Both the position numbers and the translations under genes were made by a program. A DNA stretch of 63,061 nucleotides, counting the filler, from Klebsormidium nitens (lineage: Eukaryota > Plantae > Klebsormidiophyceae), in NCBI GenBank assembly GCA_000708835.1. It is 9 parts of 9 records of this genome, joined end to end, with 100 filler letters (N's around TTAATTAATTAA, not from the genome) between each part and the next. Parts side by side here need not be neighbours in the genome. Positions count along the whole stretch, not along the records: positions 34,302 to 38,596 come from DF238536.1; positions 38,697 to 45,935 come from DF238307.1; positions 46,036 to 53,961 come from DF238267.1; 6 more parts are not named here. One strand, given 5' to 3'. The number at the start of each line of letters is the position of its first letter. Position 1 is the first letter of the stretch. Positions 36,337 through 49,000 of this stretch are shown here, piece by piece. A model generated the notes under the pieces. It saw only the letters and a program-made list of their open reading frames with translations. It had not been told where the DNA came from and did not search any database.

Positions 36337-38596
36337 ACCATTCGTCTTGAAAAGATCCTACACATGGCCACCGAGCCTAGTCAGCTAGGCTCTGCAGGAC
36401 CAATCTCGCCAGGAAGGGGCACTCTGCAGTGCCCCCAAAGCTTGACTCAAATGGCTGTCCCATCAGCCATTTCTCTGTTGGATCTCCCAGCAGAGGCAGA
36501 GCACAGCCCCCCTCGCCACGTCCTATCTCCACAGCGGCATCGAACTATGGCAGNNNNNNNNNNNNNNNNNNNNNNNNNNNNNNNNNNNNNNNNNNNNNNN
36601 NNNNNNNNNNNNNNNNNNNNNNNNNNNNNNNNNNNNNNNNNNNNNNNNNNNNNNNNNNNNNNNNNNNNNNNNNNNNNNNNNNNNNNNNNNNNNNNNNNNN
36701 NNNNNNNNNNNNNNNNNNNNNNNNNNNNNNNNNNNNNNNNNNNNNNNNNNNNNNNNNNNNNNNNNNNNNNNNNNNNNNNNNNNNNNNNNNNNNNNNNNNN
36801 NNNNNNNNNNNNNNNNNNNNNNNNNNNNNNNNCCATTCGTCTTGAAAAGATCCTTCTATGGCCACCAAGCCTAGTCAGCTAGGCTCTGCAGTACCAATCT
36901 CGCCAGGAAGGGGCACTCTGCAGTGCCCCCAAAGCTTGACTCAAATGGCTGTCCCATCAGCCATTTCTCTGTTGGATCTCCCAGCAGAGGCAGAGCACAG
37001 CCCCCCTCGCCACGTCCTATCTCCACAGCGGCCTCGAACTATGGCGGCAGCAGCGGGCAGTGGGACGGCAGAGCGGGTGGCTCGCAACCTGCGCCACACA
37101 AATGCAGGCAACTCGCCGCAGCGCGTGCAGGAAACGCACAAGTCTGACTCAGAAGGTGGGCAGTTTCAAAACCCGCAGGACAATGTTGCTAGCATCAGCC
37201 AACAGGATGTCCCCACGATTCTGAGCCAGGGGATGGACGTATCACCGCAGGCGCCCATGTTGGTTGCAATGCCTGTGGCTGAGCAGAATAACATCATCGA
37301 TGTGTCAGAGCCGGAGCTTGTTAACACAAGTGCGCAGAACAATACCGCAATAGGGACAAGTGAAGAAGAGTCTCCGTCAAGAACTGGCTCTGACTCAGAG
37401 GATTTCTCAGAGGAGCTCACTGCAACGGATGACATTAGCGAGCCCACTGAGTCCGGGGAGCTTTATTCCCCGTCAGAAGATTAGACTAGCAAGGAGGATT
37501 CCTCGGAGCTGGAGCCCAGTGAGTCAATGACCCCCACGGAGTCAGAAACCACAGGGACAGACAGCTCAACCTCTTCCTACCGCTCTGCAGAAACCGACGA
37601 CGAGCTCACCTCCGAGCACGTCGGCCGCACCTCTTCCAAGCTGGCCGCCTTCCGGGAGAAGACGGAAAAGCTGCGGAAGTACGATCCCACAGATCGGAAG
37701 GTGAGAACCACTCTGGACTGCCTCCACCCCTGGAGCAAGACCCACTACATCCACGACCCCGAGCACCTCCCCAACTTCTAGAAGAAGACCGCCAGGTGGA
37801 AGAAGCGGAAGCTCGGCGCCACCCTTTGCATTGGCAACCGCCGCATCCCCAGCGAGGGCAAGGGCAAGAAGAAGTCGCGGGCGGACAGTGTGGGCAAGGT
37901 GGACAAGGTCATGATCGCCCTGGACTGCCTTCACAAGCCGATGCAGGACGAAAAGCAGGTGGACCGGGTTCTCGCCTGGATCGACAGGGCGGACGCCGCC
38001 CAGCGCGCCTACGTGGAGCGGCGCAAGGCAGAGCCCCCCAAGGTCACCAAGGTCAAGAAGCCGACGGCGCAGGACGTGGCGGACGCCCTCAACAAGAACA
38101 CTGAGGCGTTCAAGACGTTCGCCGCCGCTCTAGCCCTCCCCGAAGGCGCCAGCCTGCAGAAGATCATCCAGGACGGCTTGGCGGCCCAAGGAAACTCCCT
38201 GCCCTGTCAACGGGGACCAGCCCACCGAAGCCCAGGACCAGGGGGCAGAGGAGGGCGCGGGTCCCCTCGACGACGACGACAACGAGCTGGACGAGCGGGA
38301 TGTGGAGCACGAAGCCGCAGCCGAGAGCGCCCACGAGGACGAAGATGCGGAGGACGACGCAGACGACTTCCCCCAGGAGAAGGCCGCAAAGCCGGACCCC
38401 GCAGCGGCAAAACCCTTGACGCAGCCTGCGGTTCAGATCTCCGCAGCCCACAGCTCCCCCCAGCGGTCCTCAACCCCCGTCCAGTCAGCACCTGCGCAGA
38501 CCTCTGCACCTCTTGAGGCCCCTGCGTAGACCGCATCTACCCCAACTGTGCAGTCCCCGGCCCCAGCGGCCTCTGCACAGCTCCAGAACAACCAGG
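35351..38596 (+). pseudogene. Long intronless low-complexity ORF relic (P/S/T-rich, then acidic, then basic), possibly a retroelement ORF1/gag-like gene
   Basis: ORFs 34608, 35656, 36858, 37527, 37890 and 38302 chain through a G-run frameshift (~35570), in-frame TAGs (37482, 37779, 38527) and further small indels. No catalytic motif is visible before the spacer. Confidence 0.45.
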
Positions 38597-38699
38597 NNNN
38601 NNNNNNNNNNNNNNNNNNNNNNNNNNNNNNNNNNNNNNNNTTAATTAATTAANNNNNNNNNNNNNNNNNNNNNNNNNNNNNNNNNNNNNNNNNNNNAAT

Positions 38700-40345
38700 A
38701 TCAGGACTTCTTTCTGATGACGTCAGCAACTACACCCAAACAATGTTCCGGAAGACCTCGGACACTTGGACAAGCCCCCAAGACCGACCGCATACCAGCG
38801 GCTAACCAAGTGTTCAAGCTTTTGCTAAAGATATCGGAACTCCTTGCGGATGACGTCAGCATGGGGGGCTCTGGCTGGCGCTTTGCGTCTTGACGGACTG
38901 CTGCAACCCTCAATCAAGCAAGTGCTCACCTCCAGCTCCGAGCAAGAGCACGAAGATCTCTTCTCGGGTATGACCATTTAGAGCATAGCCATACAGCTTC
39001 CGAACGTAGTCCACCAGCTCAGAGTCGTGGTTGAAGATGTCGCCTAGAAAAGCATCAACGAGCGGAGCTGGGTACTCGATCCCCTGCAGGAAGAAACAAG
39101 CTGCTTCTTATGATGCGAACACTCCAGCTTCTTGCATGTTGCATTAGCGAACAAAGAAAAGACTCCAATGCCAACGAAAGTAGATAAATTCTAAAAGACA
39201 ACGTGCGACATAGCAAAGCAGTATTGGCAATTCAGGATGCTAATCAATTCTGCAGACGAAGTGTCAATTGCTGCACCCACAAGACAACAGAGACAATTGC
39301 AGCGAACCTGCTTGGCACTACAAAGAGTAGCTACTCAAGCCTTGTCGCATGCTTTGTCAAGGGCTTGGTTGTCGATCCAAGCAAAAGTGGGGCTTACCAT
39401 GAAGTCCGTCTCTGCAATCTTTGAGCACATGTACTCGGGCCTGTGCGCATCGAGCATGCCCGTTCTCAGAAGGAGCACGCCATTTCTGACGTTCAGAATA
39501 TCCGGGTTTGCATCCAGCTGTTGGACGAAATCGGGGACAAACAGCTCACCCCGGACGAGTTCCAGGGTACTGCCCATCTCTCGGCTATTGTTGTACGTGC
39601 GCAGGCGCTTCAGCTGCTGTTTCAGCGCCTCCCGCTATTCCTCATCCGGGGTTGCCTCAATCGTTGCACTCAACTCGTCCCTCACTCGCTTGTAGACGAT
39701 CCTCAGCTGATTGATGAGAACGGTTTTCACGAAGAATGCACTCTTCTCATCAGCTACAAAGCGCCGCCCGTTCCAATAGTGCCAGCACACACCATCAAAG
39801 CCTAATCTGCAAAAACCAATAGACAAAGAGAGATGGATGTCGGCTGTCCAAGTGTCCAAGTTTTTTTCAAAGACAATTCCGGACTCCTTTCTGCTGACGT
39901 CAGCAACTATAACCACACAATCTTCCGCCCGAACTTTGGACAAGTGGACGAACCCCAAGACCAAACTCGTGCATACCGTTGGGTGTCCAAATAGCTGAGC
40001 TTTTACCAAAGACTCTCGACTCCTTCCCTGATGACGTCAGCAATTACAACCACACAAAATCTTCCGCTAGACCTTGGACACTTGGACAAACCTCAAGACC
40101 AAGTGCATACTGTCGGCTGTCCACAAGTCCGAGCTTTTACTAGAGACTTTAGACTCTTTTCTAATGACGTCAGCAATTGTAACAACACAATCTTCCGCCA
40201 GACCTTGGACACGTGGACGAACCCCAAGACCGAACTCGTGCATACCGTTGGGTGTCCATATGTCTAAGCTTTCACCAAAGACTTCTGACTCCTTCTCTGA
40301 TGACGTCAGCAACTACGACCACACAATCTTCCGCCAGTGCTTGAA
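38700..40345. repeat. 133-137-bp tandem repeat family in two introns of the second Prim-Pol/D5 gene (2 units at 38700-38860, 4 units at 39840-40345)
   Basis: TGACGTCAGC at 38718, 38851, 39895, 40032, 40165 and 40301. Each unit has TTGGACA(C/A) doublets and inverted TGTCCA. The same short motifs recur at 41395-41425 and 43100-43220. Confidence 0.92.
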
Positions 40346-42930
40346 CGATTGGACACATTCTTCGACCCGGGCTGTTGTCAGTGGCAGCACGACCCAATGG
40401 TCAAGTCAGGTTACTCTTGACTGGTCAAGCGTCCAAAACGGTCAATAAGAAAAGAAGGAAACACAATAACTACTGAAGAATAACGCAACTCGGTTGACAT
40501 GATCCTCACCTGCCGCAGCTTGCGTACATCTCAGCAACAATCTTGCTGCCGCCGACATCGCCCTCAAAAGCCCAGTGATCCACGAAGCTCTTGTGCAGGG
40601 CGTTTATTGCAGTGACGTCGTCGGCACAAAAAGCTTGGGTCTCGCCGCCGGCCATGGCCTCTGAGCGCGTGAGCTCTCCAATCTTTAGTAAAGGACGGAC
40701 TCTCTGGCACTCTGAGCTATTGCAGCAATAGAGCAGGTTCCTCTTGCGCATCAACACGCTGAAGTTGTTGGCGCCGTCGTGGTGATTGCCGTATGGGCAG
40801 CGTCGAGGGCCGTCCACTCGGAACACGTACATTGGCCCGTTGACGCCCACCTTGAGGCGATCAAAGCGGGAGGCGTTGTCACCAGTAGCCGCCACGCAAG
40901 CTTTGACGCGCTCCAAGACTGCTGCTGGGGGGGTCTGCTGAGACTCTTCGATCTCGCGAGGAGGTCCAAAAGATGTAGTCTGCGACTCGCTGCAGAATTC
41001 AAAAGAGTGAATGTTGATTGAAACCGAGTTACATGATTTTCTCAAGCTTACGGGAGTGGGGACAAGTGGGATGAGACAACTCAGACATCCCGGTGAAAGC
41101 GAGTAAACACGTAACTAGAGGGAGAGACACAGAGGTATGCGAGCGTTTCAAATTTTCCCTGCTTTTCGTCTCAATGGTGTGCGCCGTGTCACGTTTATGG
41201 CACACGGGTTGGACAGATCAGGTGTGTCATGGCCAACTTTGCTTCGCGGACACCAAACCTCAGTTCCAAAACGTTCTCCCTTACACTGGACAGATCGTCC
41301 AACTAACTGGGCCGAGCTGTTCACTCGATTGAAGCACTTTACAACAGTGGCTTGATGACATCATCAGATTGCAACCGAAAACTTTGTTCTAGAGCTTGGA
41401 CAGTTCGGACAGCTTGGACAGCTCAAATAGGCCCTACTCGACTTCGGGGTGCCCAAACTCAAAAACGATATTTTGAGTGGCATATGAGGCATTGAGGCAG
41501 ATTAACGTACCTGGCTTTGCCCCCCTCCCGAGGTACCTTGACACCCCCGCTTGTTGCCTCGCTGTCGTTGTTCAGGATGGAGATGAGCCATTCTGGCACG
41601 GCTCTGAGACTGGAGCGGTCAGGCAAGATCTCCTGGTCCCATTCGTAGCGCCGCAGTGTGCTATCAAGAGCCGTATAGGTGCTGGGTGCAGTGTACAGCA
41701 TCCCCCCCTTCCCGCGCACATCGATGCCCACCGCTTGACCCTTGTAGCGAATTCGGGCTCTGTTGCAGCAGTTGCGCAGGCCAGCCTGCTCGGACTGGGA
41801 GAGAGAAAAGAGGATGTGCAGCCCCCCGTTCCCGGTGGTTAGGCGGGGCGTGTCTTCTAAGAAATTCTCGTGCTCTTCAAGCATCTGCTCGAGCGCTTCA
41901 AAGCCCCCGTCCTTCACATCCACATCAAGAGCATAGATGTCTGACACCTCTGTAACGATGGCAATAGAGTTGCGCCCCGGCTTGGCAAATTCGGAAAGGC
42001 AGGTGCTGAGGTTTGCCTCTTTCCAGGGTTTGGGGGACGCCCAGTGAGAGGGGGCTTTGCAGACTTTGCCGTTCTTTTGCAGCTTTTCCTGAAGGTCGTG
42101 GGTGACGGTCACTACGCCAAGGCCGTGGAAATAATGAGCAGCAGCGAGGATGGGGTCGATTGGCTGCGTCGGCTCAGCCCTTGATTGCGCCGGGGCCGTG
42201 GCTGCTGGGCTTGGTACCTGCAAGAGGAGGACCTCAATTGTTTCAGGATTTGCTGTTGGGGCGGTAATCGCACAGAACAAGTCACAAAGAAAGAGCTGCC
42301 CAGTTTCGGTGCCCGTCAAGAGACTATCCGCTCAACCTTGATTGATGTCTTACTTCCGTATCCTAGCGTGTCATCATCACAAGCTGCAGCAAGTTCTAGT
42401 GTGACCTAAAGACAATGTTGGCTCTAAGTACGTGACATGATCAGTAACGATCTCAAAGCCTACCATATTTGTAGGGAAAGCCCAATTTGTGGAAGCCATC
42501 TGTTGAGGGTCCGCGATGCGGGTTATTTCTAACGACGAAGCCAAGCGGCCGAGTGGAATCGGGTTGACCTGTAATCATGAAAGCATCTTGGCAAAACCAT
42601 CATCAACTTAAGCAGAACAAAAAGGGGCTTGGGTCTTGAGATCTGTGAACACACCTGGGACGCAGGCTCCCTGCAATCGCACCCCAAATGGGGGTCAATG
42701 CGGCAGATGCTGAAGTATGCGCGCAGTTCCGTCCAATCACAGCCATCGTCCCAGTCCCATGTAGAGTCGTCGTGATCAGTACAGAGGTCGCCCCAGTCAC
42801 TTGATGCAGCAGATTGATCCCCCCCCTCGGAGCCCAACTCATATGCTTCCTCTTCAGCTTCGGCTTCCTGACTGGACGAGGACACTTCCACCCGGCAACG
42901 ACGCGCTAGACGATACTGCGCATCCCCATC
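38930..42930 (-). pseudogene. Spliced Prim-Pol (bifunctional primase/polymerase)-Zn finger-D5_N helicase; exons ~42930-42655, 42217-41511, 40989-40510, 39806-39398, 39083-38930; P-loop part lost in the gap; in-frame TAG at 39635-39637
   Basis: Motifs: IYALDVDVKDGG, TTGNGGLHILF, IDVRGKGGMLYTAPS, VPEWLISIL (Prim-Pol); CPYGNHHDGANNF..CNSSEC (Zn); WHYWNGRRF, LNVRNGVLLLRTGMLDAHRPEY, YVRKLYGYALNGHTREE, LLGAGG (D5_N to the start of Walker A). All junctions are phase-compatible GT-AG. Confidence 0.9.
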
Positions 42931-44650
42931 TTGATCGCTTCCCACCCGGTTGCCCCGGTTGCCCAGCTTACGCACTCCCAACTGAACGTTTGACTCTAAA
43001 TGCTCTATGTCCATCTGCATAAGCAAAAGACTTCGCAATCAGCTAGAAGCTACAAACACTGCTAACATCAGCAACTCCAAGGATCATACTTTTCTCTACA
43101 AAGCTTGGACAGCTCAGACACACTTGAATTAGGTCGAGGCAGTCAGCGACAGTGAAAGCGATGACGTCAGCACGCGGCCAACGCTGAATAGTTTATGCCA
43201 GACTTTGGACAACTCGGACAAGCTCAGAGAGGCCCTGATTGAATTGACGCAATTGACGCTATTAATTGGCGCGCAAATGTACTTTGATATAGAGCTTGGG
43301 ACAACTGTGCACAACAGACGCTGCTCGAGTTGATGCAATCATCTACAAAAGTCTGATGACATTAGCAAGCCCGACGGCACTGAGTACGTTTGAGACTTCA
43401 GGCAGCTTGGATACTTGATTTGTTGGATTTAAGTTCTCAATCACAGAAACACGTTAATCAGCTTCAGACTGTCAACAAGTATAGTAAAGCCACAGACTCA
43501 GAGCTTTCAGGCTGGATTGCTCAGCAGCGTCCATGCCAGGGAAGCTCATGGTAGCTGGCGCTTCTTAAGAAGACAGCACTGCTGTCAAACCGGGCTGGAA
43601 CCCATAATGACAGGGCAGCTTTAAGGGGAGCTTTAAGGCTGGCTGCTTTAAAGCTGCCTTGAGAGTTTGAGCTGGTCGAAAAAAATCGCTTACAATGGAA
43701 CGAAATTTGAGACAGCGAACTCACCAGATGATTTGTTACGGTTCTTCTCTCTTGTTCATCCACTGAACGATGGCCGTGGGCAGAATCCCTTGATGGTAGG
43801 CAATTGTCAAGCATCGTCCAACCCGAGTCACTTTCAGAGTCTGCACAAAGGCGCATCTAGACCTTTTATTTCCATAACCTGCCGCAAAACAGGCCTGGCC
43901 AGCTAATGGTGAAAAGAACCTTATTGTTTGTGTGGTGTTGCAATGGTCTAGCGGCAGGCTAAGCGATGCCAAATAATATGGTATGCTTTGCCAGCCTCAT
44001 GAGCAGCTCCCTCCCGAACAGCTACCTGGAAACCTGAGCTGGAATAGTGAACAGTGGCAGAGGCTTGTCCGCATGCATGAGAAATGAAGGCTTACCCTGT
44101 GGCTTCAGCTCTAGCCAGTTTCTAAATACTTGCCATATGCCCAGTCAGCCCGTGCAGGGCGGCAGCGTATCTAGCATATCTAGCATATCTAGAAACAGGC
44201 TTTCGCTTGTAAGTCGGAGAGTGACACCTTTCGGTCTGGCGTTCGCTGTGGAGGTATGAATGCTGGCAATGAGAATTTACATTCGCAGGATTGAAATTTG
44301 TAGGCCGCAGTCTGCAGCCCGTCGGGACTTGTCCAGTCGCGAAGGCCAAAGAAGCGTCCACGTATAACAAGGAAACGCGCATACGTACCGAGCTCTCCGC
44401 AGCATACGTAGTGCAACGTGCGAGGCGGGATATTGGCCCTCAAAAGTGTCCACTCGGGGACAGACCCGGCCGGGAGAGACCCGTAGCGGAAGTTCCGAGT
44501 TCGAGGCGTCATGAATAATTTATGCGCCCGTGAACGTGAATCGGGGTTCGGAGCTATTTGCTGAAGAGCATTCAGGAATATTCGTATCCACTCAGAAACA
44601 CCAGGCTCTTCGCTTCACTTTCCGTATTCGTAGGGGCAAATAAAAGGGCA

Positions 44651-44921
44651 ATGGCAAATGCTGAGGAAGAAGTTCGTGGCAAAGGCTCTGCTCTGCCGTC
44701 CAACCTGAATCAGCCGGCCCTCATTCGGATTCTTCGAAGAGGCACCAATGAACGTCGTTCTCTGAAAGCACAATGCAGATGCAAAGCAGTTTTGGACTTC
44801 ATCAGAGACAGGGCATGTTGGGGAGAAGGGGAAATAGCAATTTTGCAGAACGGCGAGGAGATTTCTTGTTTAGACGAAGAGGAGCTTCAGGCTGGTGATT
44901 ATGTCTTCACAGCCTCTAAGG
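44651..44921 (+). CDS. Probable first exon of an uncharacterised gene
   Basis: ATG-initiated 90-codon open frame (MANAEEEVRG...LQAGDYVFTASK) ending at a G|GTGAGT donor. No family assigned. Confidence 0.35.
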
Positions 44922-46077
44922 GTGAGTGACAATACCAGTATCTTGCATTTTCCAGATTGCACAAAGGTCTGATCAAGCACTTCGGTGAATTGGTGTCTGT
45001 TCAAGTGATGAACCAGCGTTTGAGCAAGTGGAAGAAAACGATGCGCTGGCCTGTTAACTCTGCCTGGTATGTAGTTGAGTATGCATGGTTTTTCTTGGCA
45101 GATTAAGGGCTTGATTCTGGTCATTTCTGAGCAACAGCACTCGTGCATGCCTGCAATTGGGCAGAGTGCCGGAGCTCGCTGGTTCATGGTAGACGCGGTG
45201 ATCCACACCACCCCTCAAGTGTGTCGGTGCCAGTTTGGAGCATGTCCCTCTGCTTCCCGGGTTGTTTCACCCGTCAGGCCAGAACAAGATCACATAATCC
45301 TGGAGCTGGTGTTTGGTTTGGAAGTTGATCATCACAGCCTCTGATTGCGACAAGGCATTGCTCAACGAGTTTTTGGTCAGTCTTGGTGTTCTCGTAACAG
45401 TTTGCCCGCTGAAGGTCCTGTCAGGGTGGATAAAAAGATGTTCAGCGTCATCCGTCAAATCATGTTGCAAGCTTTATGCCAGCATCTTTCTATTGCTTGG
45501 GCTGAGGCAAGCTTGAAAGCTTGCTTGCCTAAGATCCACAAGGATTGCAACCACAATAATGACGACAAATGGACAGGAACAGTCTGTCAGGATGGCCGCT
45601 GCACATCCAGGAAGTTAGCAGATCGCTGAGCATGCCATCACTGTCAATTATCAAGGCCGACACTCCAAGGTATTTGAGTTGCCTGAGACTCTCGTCTGTC
45701 ATTCTTTAAACATATCAGAAAGGAACCAGCGGCGCCCTCTGAGGATTTTGTTCCTAGACTGCTGCCTGCTGCTCCTCTTCAAAGATTTTGATGGTTGGCA
45801 GACCCTGCCAAATTGCACAGCGTGGGGAAGGCTGGCAGCCTTTTTTCATTCGAACATGCATCCGCTAACCCCATTCTCTCTTTGCCCCAGCTGCTGCACG
45901 AGGGGAAGGGACCGAGGGCGCGGGCGCTTCAGGGGNNNNNNNNNNNNNNNNNNNNNNNNNNNNNNNNNNNNNNNNNNNNTTAATTAATTAANNNNNNNNN
46001 NNNNNNNNNNNNNNNNNNNNNNNNNNNNNNNNNNNAACTTCAATACATTACGACCAGATTACTCCCTAGCTTGCTAA

Positions 46078-49000
46078 CTAACGAACCACAATCATACATT
46101 CCTCAGAATCGTCCTTGCCTGCCGGCGAGCTCAGATCCTCTAGCAAAGGGTAACCAGACGGCCTACGCAATAAATGATCAAGATCGCTCGCATCTACCTC
46201 GTTGAGAAACCCTCTGACCGCAGGCTCTAGCTCTCCCCGATGCTGCCAAACACGAGGGACTTCACAGAACTGCAGCTTGACGAGCTTTGCCATCCTGAGA
46301 ACGCTCTTCCGATCTAGCTTGTACTTGTAGTCGCTCTTTCCGGACCCCGACTCGTACTGCTTCCCCTTCCCTCGTCGCGGGCGGCCCACCTCAATCCCCT
46401 TCCCCACCTTCAGGCCCATGTGTTCCAGCACTCCGTTTATCACACCCTTGAATTGACCTGGATCAAGATCAGCCTTGCCCTCTTTGGGTGCCGGCAACTG
46501 AATCTGGAACATCTCAGACACGGCACGCTCCGACATTGCGGTTTTTGCGCCGACCTGCTTAGGGCGGCCTTTGAACAGCTCTGATTTCAGGAGCCTGTCT
46601 TTGAGTCCGCCTGCAAGTAGTGAGCGACTTGCACCGCCCACATCGAACGCATGCGCCAGGCCCATGTCCTCGAGCAGCCCCCGCGCCGTCTCCACCATTT
46701 TGACCTCGTGACTCTGGCGAGCCACCCCCCCCTCATCCAGCAACTTCCCCTTAAGTAGCACTTTGAGCAGAAAGTCGAGCTTCTTTGAGAACGGGGGCTT
46801 GTAGCCGGCCTTTGTTTCCTTGAAGAAGTGCTCGTCGAGGTCCTTCAACCCGTAAAACTGGCAGGCCTCGTACCTCATCACCTCGAGACTCTGCGCCCCC
46901 CTGTCCCTCTTCACATCTCGCAACCTTCTCAACTCCTCGTACTCTGCCGCACTGATCGCACTCGCCCCGATGATCTGTAACGCCTCTGCGTCTAGCCCTT
47001 TCCGCCTCTTACTCTTTTTCGAAAGCTCTTCGGGTTGCTCGACCTCCACCACGTGGCCGGCTCGCGAGACTTGCAGCTGGAACTCGTGAAGCAGTTCGAA
47101 TTCCGCCGCTCGGCTTCCGTATGCGCGAACGTCCGGAAGAGGGGGCCGTCCTCAATCAACCGGACAACTTTGCCGGGGTCCTCGGTCCTTGTCGCGGCCC
47201 GCTTCCATGCAGCCGTCACTTCGTCGTTGCAGGCTTGCAGGAACTGCAGCGTCTCCGCCGTGGTCACGCGCCGGGGGGGACCAAAGAATCCCTGCAGAAA
47301 GGAACCTTGGATTGAGCAGAATTTCATCAGAGCTCTGCCACAGTCAAGTGTTGTCATCTCCATCCGGTTCGGAGGTTGCTCAGAAGCTCCCGAAATGGGC
47401 CTCACAAAGCTGCCCCCCAAACTGGCCCTCAACAAAGCTAGCCTCTGAACCGGCCCGAAACTGGGCCCCACGAAAGTAGCCCACCAGACCGAGCGGCAGA
47501 AGAATCGGCCCCAAATGTGGCCCTACAGAACCAGCCAAGGACTGGAATGGGCCTCACAAAACTATCGCGCTATGTATGAAGATATGCTCACTGTGTGCTT
47601 TGCAAAGCCATGCAAAGCCGGACAGTCGGACGGAGTCTAAGGCAGGCACGATGATAGATCGTCACTTCCCACCCACCTTGAGTCGCTCAGAATGTTGGCC
47701 AGAGGAGGCCCCTACGCCAGACTGGAAACCGGACGCCTGGTTGAGAGGAGAATCGACGGCCACTTGCTGGTCCAGGCGGTCGCCATCAGCATCCTGCGAA
47801 AGAAAAAGGAGATTACTCGTGTCGATTTCCCAGCAATTGAGCACGCGTCTCCGGCAGCATTGTCAGCACATCTGCAAAGAAGTACTTCAAGAGGGCCGTC
47901 AAGCAGCACTCGGAGTACAGGCTTGGACGATCGGACTCAAATCGCTGACAAGACAAGAAGCGATGCGCATAGTGAGAAAGACAGATGAGATGGAACGTTA
48001 CCTGCAAAGTAGACTCGTCGTCCGCGTCCGATGCATGCGGTGCCATAGCCGTCGTTCCCTGCACGTCAAAAACAAGTTGAATCCTTGGTAGACACCAGAT
48101 TCGGAGACGCACACTTCAGCTTGAAACAAAGCGCAAGTGGCTTCTGCAGATTGAGCACGATCCAGAGTGACGTGCTCAACATCAAGCGAGTAGCTAAAAG
48201 GGCAAAGGGCAAGGGGCTTCTGCAGATTGAGCACGATCCAGAGTTACGTGCTCCACATCAAGCGAGTAACCTGGAAGAGCAAGACACCACATGCAATCTG
48301 CTCACCTGCTGATCCAGAGTGCAGAGTCGCGTGGCCGGGATCTCTTGCGCACAGTCGAGCATCACGGAGATGGACGACTGGACGTAGCAGTGGATCAGCG
48401 CGCTCTCCGTTTTTCGCACCCGCAGCGTCGCCTGCCAGGCCGCCCGAGCCGTCGTGCTCTTCTTGCACATGTAGAGGAACTTGGTATGGAACCAAGGAAT
48501 GTCAAAGTTCACGCCAGCCTCGACGGTGGGGCTGTACATGAGCAGACGAACCTTCCAGTTCTCTGCAACGTTCTTAAGGAGAGCCGTAGTTTCGCCCCCG
48601 CTCAAGGCCTTGTGGATGAGGATGTCCGCGTCTGCGAGCCGAAGCGCGAGGTCCGACGTGACCCGGTCCCGGATGCGGTTCAGGACCTTCGCGGACATGC
48701 TGACGACGACCACGTTCTTGCCAGCTGCAAGATCCTCGACGATTCGATCCAACCACTTCTTCTCATCCTGACCGACACGGAACGTCAAAGGCACCTGCGC
48801 ATAAAGCGGTGCAAGAAATGAGCGCGCTGTGGGCTGAATGTATGTGAGAGAGCATTGGTACCAAGAAAGCCCGCCTTTGAATGTAGGAACGAACACGCTG
48901 CGCCATCAAACACAACTTCAATTGGCAAAGGTGACGGTATGGCCGGGCCCTATTAGCGGTCCAAGAGGTGCTTTAAAAAGGTCCGAGCAACACGTACTGA

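Noticed and set aside
37482-38529. TAG-to-Gln genetic-code reassignment as an explanation for in-frame TAGs
   Set aside because: TAG also terminates several genes at plausible ends (18161, 19937, 30450, 46078). TGA and TAA lesions and frameshifts co-occur, and an internal repeat shows CAG mutated to TAG.
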